Shown here: piece after piece, positions 39,955 through 51,774 of the stretch
Position numbering within the stretch: position 1 is the stretch's first letter
Layout of the letters: every line of letters begins with the position of its first letter
DNA from: Squalus acanthias
Lineage: Eukaryota
Assembly: GCA_030390025.1 (NCBI GenBank)
Contig: CM059432.1
Location: forward strand, 41,852,001 to 41,916,000
Reading direction: 5' to 3'
Length of the DNA stretch: 64,000 nt
Program-made: the position numbers and the translations under genes
The notes under the pieces: generated by a model
Database searches by the model: none
Told to the model about the DNA's origin: nothing
The model's input: only the letters and a program-made list of their open reading frames with translations

Positions 39955-42024
39955 TTAAGTGGATTAATTAAGGGAAGCCAGCATGGATTTGTTAAAGGCA
40001 AATCGTGTTTAAACAAATTGATTACATTTTTTGATGAGGTAACAGAGAGGGTTGATAAGGGCAATGCGGTTGATGTGGTGTACATGGACTTCCAAAAGGT
40101 GTTTGATAAAGTGCCACATAATAGGTTTGCCAGCAAAGTTGAAGCCCATGGAATATTGGGACAGCGGCAGCATGGATATGAAATTGGCTAAGTGACAGGA
40201 AATAGAGAGTAGTGGTGAACGTTTGTTTTTCGGACTGGAGGAAGTTATACAGTGGTGTTCGTCAGGGGTCGTTACTAGGACCACTGCTTTTCTTGATATA
40301 TTAATGATTTGGACTTAGGTGTACAGGGTACTATTTCAAAATTTGCGGATGACACAAAACTTGGATGCATAGTGAACAGTGAGGAGGATAGGGAAAGACT
40401 TCAAGAGGACATAGACAGGCTGGTGGAAATGGGCGGACACGTGGCAGATGAAGTTTAACACAGAAAAGTGCAAAGTGATTTTGGTACATTTTGGTAGGAA
40501 GAACGAGGAGAGGCAATATAAACTAAAGGGTACCATTCTAAAGGGAACAGAGAGACCTGGGGATATATGCACAAATCATTGAAGGTGGCAGGGCAGGTTG
40601 AGAAAGCGGTTAAAAAAGCATACGGAATCCTGGGCTTTATAAATAAAGGCATAGGGGTAAAAATTGAGTCGCGCCCCATTTGGGGCGCTAACCTCGCCGG
40701 GGCGTGACTTTTAGCGCCCTGAAAAAATTAGCGGCCCCGCGCCGGAACTTCAGTGGTTGCGCCCCAAGAGGGAAGTGGGGCGCAACTGGAAGCAGCCCGC
40801 ATCCCTCTTGGGGCGCTGCGAGTGAATATCCTGGCGCTACGTGCCGCAGCGCCACGCGCTGCGGCACGTCGCGCCGCGGTATTGCAGGCCTTCCTCCCCT
40901 TCTTAAAGGGGAGGGACCCTGCGCAGCGCGAACCGGGGCCCAGCTGGGCCCCCAGGGATCGGGAGTGCCGGCAAAAGAGCCCGGCACTCAAGAGAAGTGC
41001 CGGGCTCTTGGAGCGCAGCCGGCACTTCACGGTGGGGGGGCTTCACGGGGGCCGGGGGCAGGTGCTGGCAGGCGGCCAGCAACAAAAATGGCCGCCTGCC
41101 ACCTCCGCTTTAAATATCGCCGCCCCGGCCGCACGTACGCCTCCCTGAACCCGTCGGACATAGCGTCTGGCGGTAAATCAGGGGGCACGACTGAAGATCA
41201 CGGCCGGGGCGCGAGCGGGGTGCTGCGCACGGCGATGACGTCATCGCCGGCGGCGCAGCGCCACAGGGCGCTACCGGCTGCCGCCGCCGCTAACCTCCCA
41301 CTAAATTTTTCGGGAGGCGTGGGCGGCGCTGCGCCCGGGCGTTAGCTGCTTTACGCCCCATTAGCGCCCTCTTAAGGCGCTAACGGGAGGCGCAAGCAGC
41401 TGAATTTTTCCCCATAGAGTACAAAAGCAAGGAAGTTATGATGAACTTTTATAAGACACTGGTTCGGCCACAACTGGAGTATTGTGTCCAATTCTGGGCA
41501 CTGCACTTCAGGAAGGATGTGAAAGCCTTCGAGAGGGTGCAGAAAAGATTTACAAGAATGGTTCCAGTGATGAGGGACTTCAGTTACGTGGATACACTGG
41601 AGAAGCTGGGGTTCTCCTTAGAGCAGAGAAGGTTGAGAGGAGATTTGATAGAGGTGTTCAAAATCATGAGGGGTCTAGATAGAGTAGATAGAGAGAAACT
41701 GTTCCCATTGGCAGAAGGGTGGAGAACCAGAGGACACAGGTTTAAGGTGACTGGCAGAAGAACCAACGGCGACATGAGGAAAATCTTTTTTATGCAGCGA
41801 GTGGTTATGATCTGGAATGCACTGCCTGAAAGGGTGGTGGAGGCAGATTCAATCATGGCTTTCAAAAGGGAATTAAATAAGTACCTGAAGGAAAACAAAT
41901 TGCAGGGCTAAGGGGAAAAGGCGGGATATTGGGACTAGCTGAAGTGCTCTTGCAGAGAGCCGGCATGGGCTCGACAGGCTGAATGGCCTCCTTCTGTGCT
42001 GTAACGATTCTATGATTCTTCTAT
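39955..42024 (+). mobile_element. CR1 3' fragment nested in the Harbinger element
   Basis: Close to 8940-10090; (ATTCTATG)n tail at about 42007. Confidence 0.9.
40654..41413 (+). mobile_element. Harbinger MITE, 760 bp, third-level nest
   Basis: TIRs ggggtaaaaatt / aatttttcccc; TSD ATA restores CR1 ggcatagagtac; CpG-rich. Confidence 0.9.
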
Positions 42025-42639
42025 GATAGGGAAGTGGTGAGCAATGGGGATCTGGGGTTTCATTCACTGGAATTAGAGTCTGATGAGGCGTTCATGGACA
42101 GCCCGCTCGGAATGCGGATTTGCTGCCTGCCTCCTCCTTCCCTCCTCGTCCTCTTCCTCCTCCTCTCCCTCCTCCTGAGGTGGTCCCGCAATCCCTGATG
42201 GCAAGGGCTACGCCCTCATGATGGCCAAGTTGTGAAGCATATTGCAGACCACCACGAAATGGGATACCTGCTCCGGCGAGTACTGGAGGGCTCTTCCCGA
42301 GCGGTCAAGGCAACAGAACCGTTGCTTCAGCACCCTGATGGTCTGCTCGATGATGTTCCTGGTGGCAGCATAGCTGTCATTATATGAGTGCTGGGCACAA
42401 GTGGTGGGGTTGCAGAGGGGAGCCATCAGCCAGGTGCAGAGCTGATAGCCCTTGTCTCTGAGCAGCCATCCTCAGGTTTGATGCGGTGGCTGGACGATTG
42501 CTGGCACACCGGACTGGGTCAGCATTGCACACTTATTGACGTCACGATCTGACTCAATTCCATTTCTACAGCGAGCGCAGGCAACAGCAGCGCTGCCGAC
42601 CTTTCCAAAATGGCGGCCGCTGCGGGACCTGCCGGCCAC

Positions 42640-43392
42640 CACATTCAACGGATCATCCTCCGCCATTTCCATCAACTCCAGTGTGATCCCACCACCAAAC
42701 ACATCTCCCCCTCCCCTTTCAGCATTCTGAAGGGACTGCTCCCTCCGCGACACCCTGGTCCACTCCTCAATCACCCCCAACATCCCCTCCCCTTCCAACG
42801 GCACCTTCCGTGCAAGCGCAGGAGATGCAACACCTGCCCTTTTACCTCCTCCCTTTCCACCGTCCAGGGCCCCAAAAACTCCTTCCAGGTGAAACAGCGA
42901 TTTACTTGTACTTCTTGCAATTTAGTAAACTGTATTCGCTGCTCATGATGCAGTCTCCTCTACATTGGGGAGACCAAATGCAGATTGGGAGACCGCTTTG
43001 AGACTCAACTTCGAGTTCAACAATTTCAGACCATAACCTCTGCCCCTATTTTTGCACATGGCAGCAGTTGATGATTCTGTTATACCCATTTACACCTCTT
43101 CTAGACCTATCTTTTGTTTCTTTACTTGTCCAATTACCATCTCCTTTTGCTTTGTACATTCATACCTTTTGTCATTTAATCACTCCTGCCTTCCATCTTA
43201 TCGAGTCCCTCCCTTTTGTTCTTTCCTCCCCTCCCCCCTTTCCCTGCCCCTGCACTTGCTTAAAATCTGTTACATCTCTAACCTTTTCCAGTTCTGACAA
43301 AAGGTCATCGACCTGAAACATGAACTCTGTTTCTTTCTCCACAGATGCTGCCTGGCCTGCTGAGTATTTCCAGCATTTTCTGTTTTTATTAT
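42640..43392 (+). mobile_element. Second-family Penelope-like fragment (GIY-YIG remnant plus pseudo-LTR)
   Basis: CNTCP...FTC.S.NLV.CIRCS*C.LLYIGETK.RLGDRF; terminal block shared with 60605 and 63400. Confidence 0.8.
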
Positions 43393-43404
43393 AGGATAAA
43401 TGGA

Positions 43405-44170
43405 TTTTTCTAGAATTGGCAGGTAATGGGCATTTTTTGAGCATTAGGAATGCCTTTCCAGCTCCAAAATGGCACCTGCAGCGCGCACGCAGACTTGTAG
43501 GGCAAATCGCACCGGATGCATCATTGGTGCAGGTGTTAGCGCATGCGCAGTTGATGTCGGCTGGAAGTATGCAGAGCAGGCAGATTGTGACGACAAACAG
43601 CGTGCAACGCTAATTTGACGCCAGCAGTGTCATTTTGGAGCTCCATGCTCCAACCAACACCCTCTCTTAAGCTCGCATAGCTGAACACGCATTAAGCAGC
43701 ATGAAGGACCCACACCAGCGCTACTTACAGGTTAGTTGCTGGTTGATTTCTTCTGGCTGTTGCTACAATTCTACATGTGTTTGGTACTTTCTATTGTTGT
43801 TTCAAGTTTCAAAAGTCTACAGGGAGTGGTGTGGCAGGTGCTGAAGGACGTCTTGCTGACTTCAAGGCTTCTGCTCAAACCAGCTGCTCCCAGACATGTG
43901 TGTACTAGTAGGCATTCTCCTTGGAATACAGCATGACTTGGAGAATGAACAGAGGCCACGCAGAGCAGGACAAGCTGCTGGACGAGATAGGAGGAGGAGG
44001 GAGAGAATGGCTCTCAGCAGGAGGCCATATCCACCCAGGATATTCAGGGAGCAATTCTCCTACCTCAACCTCAGTGAGGAACAATGTGTAAGACTTCTGC
44101 ACTTCTCACTGAAATCTGCCACCTGCTACAGCCACAACTGCAACCTCAGAGCAGGGCAAGGACTGCATTG
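43405..44170 (+). mobile_element. Harbinger transposase 5' region remnant
   Basis: RRPYPPRIFREQFSYLNLSEEQC is nearly identical to the N-terminus of the 28866 transposase. Confidence 0.78.
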
Positions 44171-44925
44171 TCAAAGTCCAACACCGCCTTCAGTGTGCCA
44201 GTGCAGCCTTCGGTTGCCTGAGGAAGAGAGTGTTTGAAGACCAGGACCTCAAACCCGGCACCAAGCTAATGGTCTACAGAGCAGTAGTAATACCTGCCCT
44301 CCTGTATGCCTCAGAGACATGAACCATGTACAGCAGGCACCTCAAAGCACTGGAGAGGTACCACCAACGCTGCCTCCGCAAGATCCTGCAAATCCATTGG
44401 CAGGATAGGCGCACCAATGTCAGTGTTCTCGCTCAGGCCAACATCCCCAGCATCGAAGCTTTGACCACGCTCGATCAGCTCCGATGGACGGGTCACATCG
44501 TCTGCATGCCCAATACGAGACTCCCAAAACAAGCGCTCTACTCGGAGCTCCGACACGGCAAGAGAGCCCCAGGTGGGCAGAGGAAACGCTTCAAGGACAC
44601 CCTCAAAGCCTCCTTGAAAAAGTGCAACATCCCCACCGACACCTGGGAATCCTTGGCCCAAGACTGCACAAAGTGGAGGAGAAGCATCCGGGAAGGCGGC
44701 GAACACCTCGAGTCTCTTCGCCGGGAGCAAGTGGACGCCAAGCGCAAACAGCGGAAGGAGCGCACGTCAAAAAGCACCCCACCCACCCGCCCCTTCAACC
44801 ACCGTCTGCCCCACCTGTGACAGAGCCTGTAGGTCCCGCATTGGACTTATCAGTCACCTGAGAACTCATTCTTAATGTGGAAGCAAGTCATCTTCGATTC
44901 CGAGGGACTGCCTAAGAAGAGAAGA
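44171..44925 (+). mobile_element. RTE-clade LINE 3' fragment
   Basis: LERYHQRCLRKIL.I.WQD...N..VL, QLRW.GH, RLPK..LY.EL..GKR..GG..KRFKD motifs; gagggactgcc plus (AAG)n-like tail. Confidence 0.88.
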
Positions 44926-46430
44926 CTTCATCACATCATTCCTCACACCCACTTACCTTGCAAGCGCTTCGCTTTCTATATACCTCCTCACATCCCCATC
45001 TATCCATCCACTACTGCCACTCACCCTCATCCTTAGGCCATGTCATGCCTCTCCCTCATAGTTAACCTCACCAAGTGCACTGCATCCATCCAGTTAACAC
45101 ATGCCATTACAGTCACTCATTGGCGTACTCTTTCCCTCGTTGCAAGAAAAGAAAGTGCAGAACACTCGGGAGAGGGAGAGGGAGAGAACCGGAGGTGGTC
45201 CTTCACAGATCTCACAGCTGACAACTGCAGAGGAGGAAGCGCTGGAGATCAGAGGCGTCTTGGCATTCCTGACCATCAGAAATAGGGAGGTAGGGACCTC
45301 CCAGCTACCTGGTGATAGAATTAAATATAATTGACCCACTTGTCATACAACACTCAGTCATGTTCACTTGATTTCAGCAGCGAATGAAATATGATCATCT
45401 TCATAATGATAAGTTGCAACATTCTTACCTTGCCAGTACTAATTCATATCTTTTCTCTCCGCCAGGGCCTTCATGTGTGCAGCAGCAGTCGGTGGACCTC
45501 GCGGACAATGAATCCTCAGAGGAGCTGATTCCTTCTGAGGGTGCACCATCCAAGGACTCGTGCTTACCATGCACAAAACGCAGATACTTGTACTTTGGTG
45601 GGACCAGTTAGATATTTGGGTTTTCACCTGGTGACTCACAAGTGCGCAAGAGCAGACAGTTGTAGCTGGGGCAGCTGTGGAGAATCCGCATTGGAGGGTG
45701 CAGCCCTCTCCAAGCTCTGCTCAGCTGGACACAGATGCTGGGGGCCATCGTGAAAAAGGATAATCATTGAGGGGCAGCAGAAAATCTGCGACGTACAAAC
45801 AGCCCTTCCACGCACACTGTCCACGATTGCAGAGAAAATGGAGGAGTCCACCTTAAGCATGAGTGGGTTGATGTCAAAGCATTGCAAGCATGTCGTCTTC
45901 CATGGATAGAGTGGCCAACTCGGTAGAACATCAATCGTGACAATAAAATTAGTCCATGCAGGCATTGACCACGGCCGTGCAGACTCTGGATGCCAACATG
46001 TCTGCCACCTTAAATAGGATGACAGACAACTTAGCCTTGACCTTGCAGCACCTCACTGATTTGCATCAAGCTGCTCTCCAGCAGAGTGGTAGGAGTGAAG
46101 TGCAGCTGGCATGAGAGGGATAATGGCGAAAGAGGACATGGAAGTGGGGACTCACTTAAAGTGCCCCCAGTTCTCACCCGTTGCCCCCCACCCCCTCAGT
46201 CAGTACCCGACATGCTGCCTCCTTTCCCGATGGCCGAGTCTGCCCCTGCACAGGTGCAGGTGGAGCTGTCTTTGGCGGAGCGCTCACGGGCTCCAACACC
46301 CAAAGGTGGTAGACCAAGAGCATCTCAGCAGTCAGAGCAGGAGTGAGAGCAGCCTGCTGATATCTCTGCTGAAGCCACAGGGTTCCATCACATAGGAGTG
46401 GTAGGAAAAGGAAGAGTAAAGCTTTGTAAT
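44926..46430 (+). mobile_element. Harbinger Myb-like gene 3' exons (sibling of 5580-7058)
   Basis: EKKVQNTRERERERTGGG and the downstream exon are collinear with the 5.6-7.0 kb copy. Confidence 0.8.
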
Positions 46431-46858
46431 AAATATAGAAATTGCTGTAAATACTCAGCAGGTCAAGCAGCATCTGTGGAGAGAGACAGTTAACGTTTCA
46501 GGATGTTGGATGATGAGATTAGAAATGAGATAACTGCATTTAACATAAAAAGAGGAGAAATATTAAATAAACTAATCAAACTCAAAGAGGATAAAACCCT
46601 TGGTCCGGACAGATTACATCTGCACATTTTAAAATAATTTAGGGAAGGGATAGCAGAGGCATTACTACACATATTTAATAATTCGTTAGAACAAGGTGTA
46701 GTGCCAGAGGACTGGCAGATAGCTAACGTAATACCTATATTTAAGAAGGAAGATACAACATGTCTAGGGAACTATAGGCCAGTCAGCTTAATGTCGGTGG
46801 TAGGAAAAATAATGGAATCCCTACTAAAGGAGAAAATAGAAGAACATCTAGAAACCAA

Positions 46859-47752
46859 GGGGTAGAAATTAGGTCGCGCCCCATTTGGGGCGCAAATATC
46901 GTCTGGACGCAAATATTAGCGCCTGGCGCTAATTATCGGCACTGACTGGAAACTTCACTTTTACCACCCCGGGAGGTGAGTGGAGCGCTAAAGCAGGCGC
47001 TGCACACCTGTCTTAAGGCGCAAAGGCCAAGGAGTGAGGCGCTACCTCAGAGCGCTGGCGAAGCTCATGTAATGTCAGTCAGCAATGGAACACACACACA
47101 ATGGCACGGGCCAGTTCTTAAAGGGGATGGTTAATCTTGCTTTCCATCCACATCCTGTTCATTGCAGCCTTGAATCTCGGCCTGGAGAGACTTGCACATC
47201 AAATGTGCTGGAAAGAACAATGGAGAGTACCAGGCAAAGAGCTCAGAGTGCAGCTCCCACAGTCTCTGCTAAATCGATACAAGGAATGGCAAATCAAAAT
47301 GAACCTGCAAAGTGCTGCTCAGTACCCAAAACTCCTTCACACAACGTTGAATCTCTCCAGAAGTCTCTCCCTCTCTCTCTCAGAATGCGTAGTTCAAAAA
47401 TGCCACCAACAATAAAAGACAGGAAGAGGCCCCCTTTAAATAGCGCCCCCCCCCAGCCCCACAGCGATTGATAGCGTTCCAGTCTTCCGGTCGTTGGAAG
47501 CGCCAGGCGGTAAGGCAGGGGGCGCCACTCAATTTCCGCTCCGGGGCGCCACAAGGGCGTTGCACCATGGAATGACGTCACAATCTGCGCGCGCAGGTGG
47601 TCGCAGCGGTAAGTTTTAGCGCCGCCGCACAATCTCAAGTTAAGTTCTCGAGCGGCGCAAACATCGCTGCGCCCGGGCGTTAGCGGCTTTGCGCCCCATT
47701 AGCGCCCTCTTAAGGCGCTAACGGGAGGCGCAACCAACTGAATTTTTACCCC
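46859..47752 (+). mobile_element. Harbinger deletion-derivative MITE, 894 bp
   Basis: TIRs ggggtagaaatt / aatttttacccc; TSD CAA; the right half is homologous to 28880-29243. Confidence 0.88.
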
Positions 47753-48016
47753 CAAAAATATAATAATGAATAGTCAGCATGGATTTCAAAAGGGAAAGTC
47801 TTGCTTGACCAACCCCATTAAATTTTTTGAAGAGGTAACAGAGAAAGTAGACATGCAGCAGATATCATTTATCTAGATTTTCAAAAGGCCTTCGATAAGG
47901 TACCACATAATAGACTAATGAATAAGGCCAGAGCATGCCGAGGCAGGTGGCAAGTAGCAGAATGGATAACTAGCTGGCTTCAAGACAGAAAGCAGGGAGT
48001 AGGGGTAAAGGGTAGC

Positions 48017-49673
48017 TGTAGAGTTTCGCAATTATCGCGATTCAAATAATATGAGAGAAGCAGGTTCAATTGATCATTTTTACTAAACGGAATGCTGTCC
48101 TGATAATAAAGGACACAGAAGCCTGTAAAATGGCCGCCGCGCATCGTGGCAGAAGCTTCCAGAGACACAGTGGGCAGACAAGATGGCGTCGAATATACAT
48201 TCAGTATGAGATCATACTCGGTACACATTGAAAAGACAGGATGCAACCCGTTTGCATTTTGGACAATAGCAATGATATAAGTGCTTGAATCGTTTCATAC
48301 GCACAGTAAGAATCATTGAACTGAGCCATCGAAAACCCATCCAGACACATCAATACACAAATACCCCCCCCCGGCTCAACAATGAGAGAGACATTGGCAG
48401 GTGATTAAGCCAGTATTCGGGGGGGCCCAAAACCAGTCGAGGAGACGATTCATACACTTCCTGGCTGGCTCAACAATGAAGAAGGCATTAACGGATAGTT
48501 GGCCAGTTTCGGGTGATACCGAAACCCGTTAAGAAGATAATCGCCCCATGCTGTGAGTTTTGGGCGCCAAAATCACACAAAGAATAAACGTTTAGATTTG
48601 AGCGGGAGATAAGGCCGACAAGGCAGTATAACTATAGGGAACAAATGTCCATCGCTCTCTTGACTCTTGGCTCTGGACTCTCCGCTGGTCTCTTCTCTCG
48701 CTCGCTGGTTCCTTCGGCGGGGCTGTGCTGGTCGGTTATTCGAGTGTTGGGTGGAGCTCAATCGGAACGAGCCGCCTCGACAGGGCAGGTAACAGGGTAC
48801 ACCATCCCGAGCGTCGGTAAACGGTGTCCGGACCCAGAGGCCCGAGTAACAAGAAGAAAAACAAGAAGCAAGACGAGAAGAAATTCCACGTGCCGCCGCG
48901 GTCAGTAAACCCCGACCGCGCCCGAAGATATAACGACAGAATCCATCTTTGAATTCTACAGGCTACTGCATGAACCGGTTTCTTTGAATTCTACGGACTA
49001 CTTCACGATCCGGTCTGAACCCATAGACCACTTCATGACATCAGGGAGTCTGGTTTACCCTCCGGCTCTTTGAGCGGGTAGCCTGAGCCATCCGCGCCGA
49101 ACTTTACCGGGGCCGTCTCCAGTGGACCCATTCGCGGCAGCGAGAGTAAACAAGTCGGGGGCAGAAACCCGTACAGCCACGTGACAGCCAGACGCTGCAG
49201 CGAAACGAGCTGAGAGCCTCATTTTAAATTTCCGAAGTGAGCCGAGTGGTGAGCATGTTTTCTGATCCTACAAATCCAGATGTAGTTTAGGTATATTAAG
49301 GGAGGGTGGTTTCTAAGGTTAATGTATAATGTGTTCCCCCTTTTACGATGTGTCGTGTGTTCCCCATTTCCATAGACCAAGTTTTATGAACGTGTGTAAA
49401 CTGGTACTCTCTTTGATCTGCGCTTATGACATGTATTTCATGATTTTAGACGCCATGCAATAAAGACATTCATTTCGTGCTATTCAACCAGGTCTATTTG
49501 AGTCTTTTCTCTGCATTACTGCTCCTTGCATCTAAGTCCAGATGTCAGAACCGTAAGGGCGAGTGGGTCGAACCACTCACAGGTGCTTATTGCAAAAGTC
49601 TGGCCGGAGACCAGAGCAAGCAATAGTATAGGCAACGAAAGCCTCACCTCGCACCAGTCCGTGACCCCTTACA
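48017..49673 (+). mobile_element. Solo LTR (ERV or Gypsy type), 1657 bp
   Basis: TGTA...TACA termini; 4-bp TSD TAGC restores CR1 gggtagctattcag; AATAAA at 49459; internal direct repeats; no recognisable protein ORF. Confidence 0.8.
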
Positions 49674-51271
49674 TAGCTATTCAGAGTGGCAGAAGGTGGG
49701 AAGTGGTGTTCCACAAGGATCAGTGCTGGGACCACTGTTGTTCACAATTTATATTAACGATTTAGACTTTGGAATCAAAAACACAATTTCTAAATTTGCA
49801 GATGACACCAAATTAGGGGGGGAGGGGGGAATAGTCAATAATGAGAAGGACTGCAACAAATTACAAGAAGACATTAATAAACTTGAAGAATGGGTATATA
49901 TTTGGCAAATGAAATTCAACACAGATAAACTTGAGGTATTACATTTTGGTAAGAAAAATAGGGAAGTCACATATTACTTGGAAATATGAATCTAAGTGGG
50001 GTAGAACAGCAAAGGGATCTCGGAGCAGAAATACACAAATCACTCAAAGTAGCGACACAGGTTAACAAGGCCATAAAAAACGCAAACCAAGCACTAGGGT
50101 TTATTTCTAGAGGGATTGAATTGAAAAGTAGAGAAGTTATGCTAAACCTGTATCGAACCTTGGTTAGACCACACTTGGAGTACTGTGTGCAATTCTGGTC
50201 GCCATATTATAAAAAAGATATAGAGGCACTGGAGAGGATGCAAAAAAGATTTACAAGGATGTTACCAGAAATGCGAGGGTATACCTATCAGGAAAGGATG
50301 AACAGGCTGGGTCTCTTTTCTCTTGAAAAGAGAAGGCTGAGGGGTGACCTAATAGAGGTATTTAAAATTATGAAAGGTTTTGATAGAATAGATACAGAGA
50401 GAGTGTTTCCACTTGTGGGGAAGAGCAAAACAAGAGGCCATCAATATAAGATAGTCACCAAGAAATCCAATAGGGAATTCAGAAGGCAGTTCTTTACCTA
50501 GAGAGTGGTGAGAATGTGGAACTCGCTCCCACAGGGAGTGGTTGAAGTGAACAGTAGAGATGCATTTAAGGGGAGGCTAGACGAGCCTATGAGGGAGAAG
50601 GGAATAGAGGGTTATGCTGATAGAGTTAGATGAGGAAAGATGGGAGGAAGCTCGAGTGGAGCATAAACGCTGGCATGGACTGGTTGGGCCAAATGGCCTG
50701 TTTCTGTGCTTTATATCCTATGTAATCCTATGTAATAACCAGGGGGCATAGATTTAAAGTAATTGGTAGAAGGATTAGAGGGGAGTGAGGAGAAATTTTT
50801 CACCCAGTGGTGGTGAGGGTTTGGAACTCACTGCCTGAAAGGGTGGCAGAGGCAGAACCCTCATCGCATTTATACACTTGAAGTGCCGTAACCTACAAGG
50901 CTACAGATCAAGAGCTGGAAAGTGGGATTAGGCTGGATAGCTCTTTTTCAGCCGGCACAGACACGATGGGCCAAATGGCCTCCTTCTGTGCTGAAAATTT
51001 CTATGATTCTATGAAAGGGCAGCAGAATAGGATACAGTGGATATCTCTTTAAGAGAGCCAGCAGAGGCATGATTGGTTCAATAGGCCCAGTCAACCAATC
51101 AGACCTCTTTCTGTGCTGTAAACTTCTATGATGCCATGATTCTATGAAGTTGGCGCATTGGAGCCGGCTTCCAGATACAAATGCATTTTCGGCCACTTTA
51201 ACGACCACCTCCACGCCTAAACTCACGCGCTGCTCCAGGTTAAAATTCCCCCAATGTTACAGAAAGACTAT

Positions 51272-51770
51272 GGGGAGGAATTTTAAAATGAAAAAATGGG
51301 TGGGTTGGGGTCAGGTGGGAGGTTAAAGCGTTAAAAAACTGAATCCCAATCCCAACGCGCCTCCAACCTACCCACTTCCGGTTTTAACGGAGGCAGGACG
51401 GGGGGCAGGCAGGCAACCCGCTCCCAGGAGACGGGTCTCCCATTTAAATATTATAATGAGGCTGGCGTGCCTCATGGTGATCCAGCATTACAAATTTAAC
51501 TCTGGCTGATCGGGTTTCCCAGGCCTCGGGGAACTCACCAGCTAAAGGAAGGCGAGGACTGCTGGATCCAGGAGGTAAGTGGAAAGGAAGCGTCCCTGTC
51601 TCACCTACTCTCCACGATCGGACAGCCTCCCGAGGCCTCCGATCTCCTCCCCCCACAAGGCCTCTGATCTCCCCCTGGCCTCCCCTCCACAAGGCCCCCG
51701 ATGCCCACCGCAAGGCCTCCAATCACCCCGCAACCTCCCCCCCAGACCTCCGATCACCCTCAACTTCTTC
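51272..51770 (+). mobile_element. Left part of a MITE-like element (family of 1-935) with C-rich repeats
   Basis: Starts ggggaggaatttt; cctccgatc(C)n units at 51620-51760. Confidence 0.55.
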
Positions 51771-51774
51771 ATCT

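Larger units (their letters stand above)
37546..42635. mobile_element. Degenerate Harbinger: Myb-like gene (+, 37946-39848) and transposase 3' remnant (-, about 42070-42530), interrupted by CR1
   Basis: Left TIR-like gggggtgaaattgg; RFSD..L..LV..V..R...LF and LWEKIA Myb motifs; ATRNIIEQTIRVLKQRFCCLD and MLHN transposase motifs. Confidence 0.82.
46510..50735 (+). mobile_element. CR1 fragment split by a MITE and a solo LTR
   Basis: RT motifs are continuous across both insertions; (AATCCTATGT)n tail near 50715. Confidence 0.9.

Noticed and set aside
40688..41345. Long GC-rich ORFs in MITEs (also 13351-13773 and 32978-33403)
   Set aside because: Frames are not conserved between sibling copies and no domain is recognisable.
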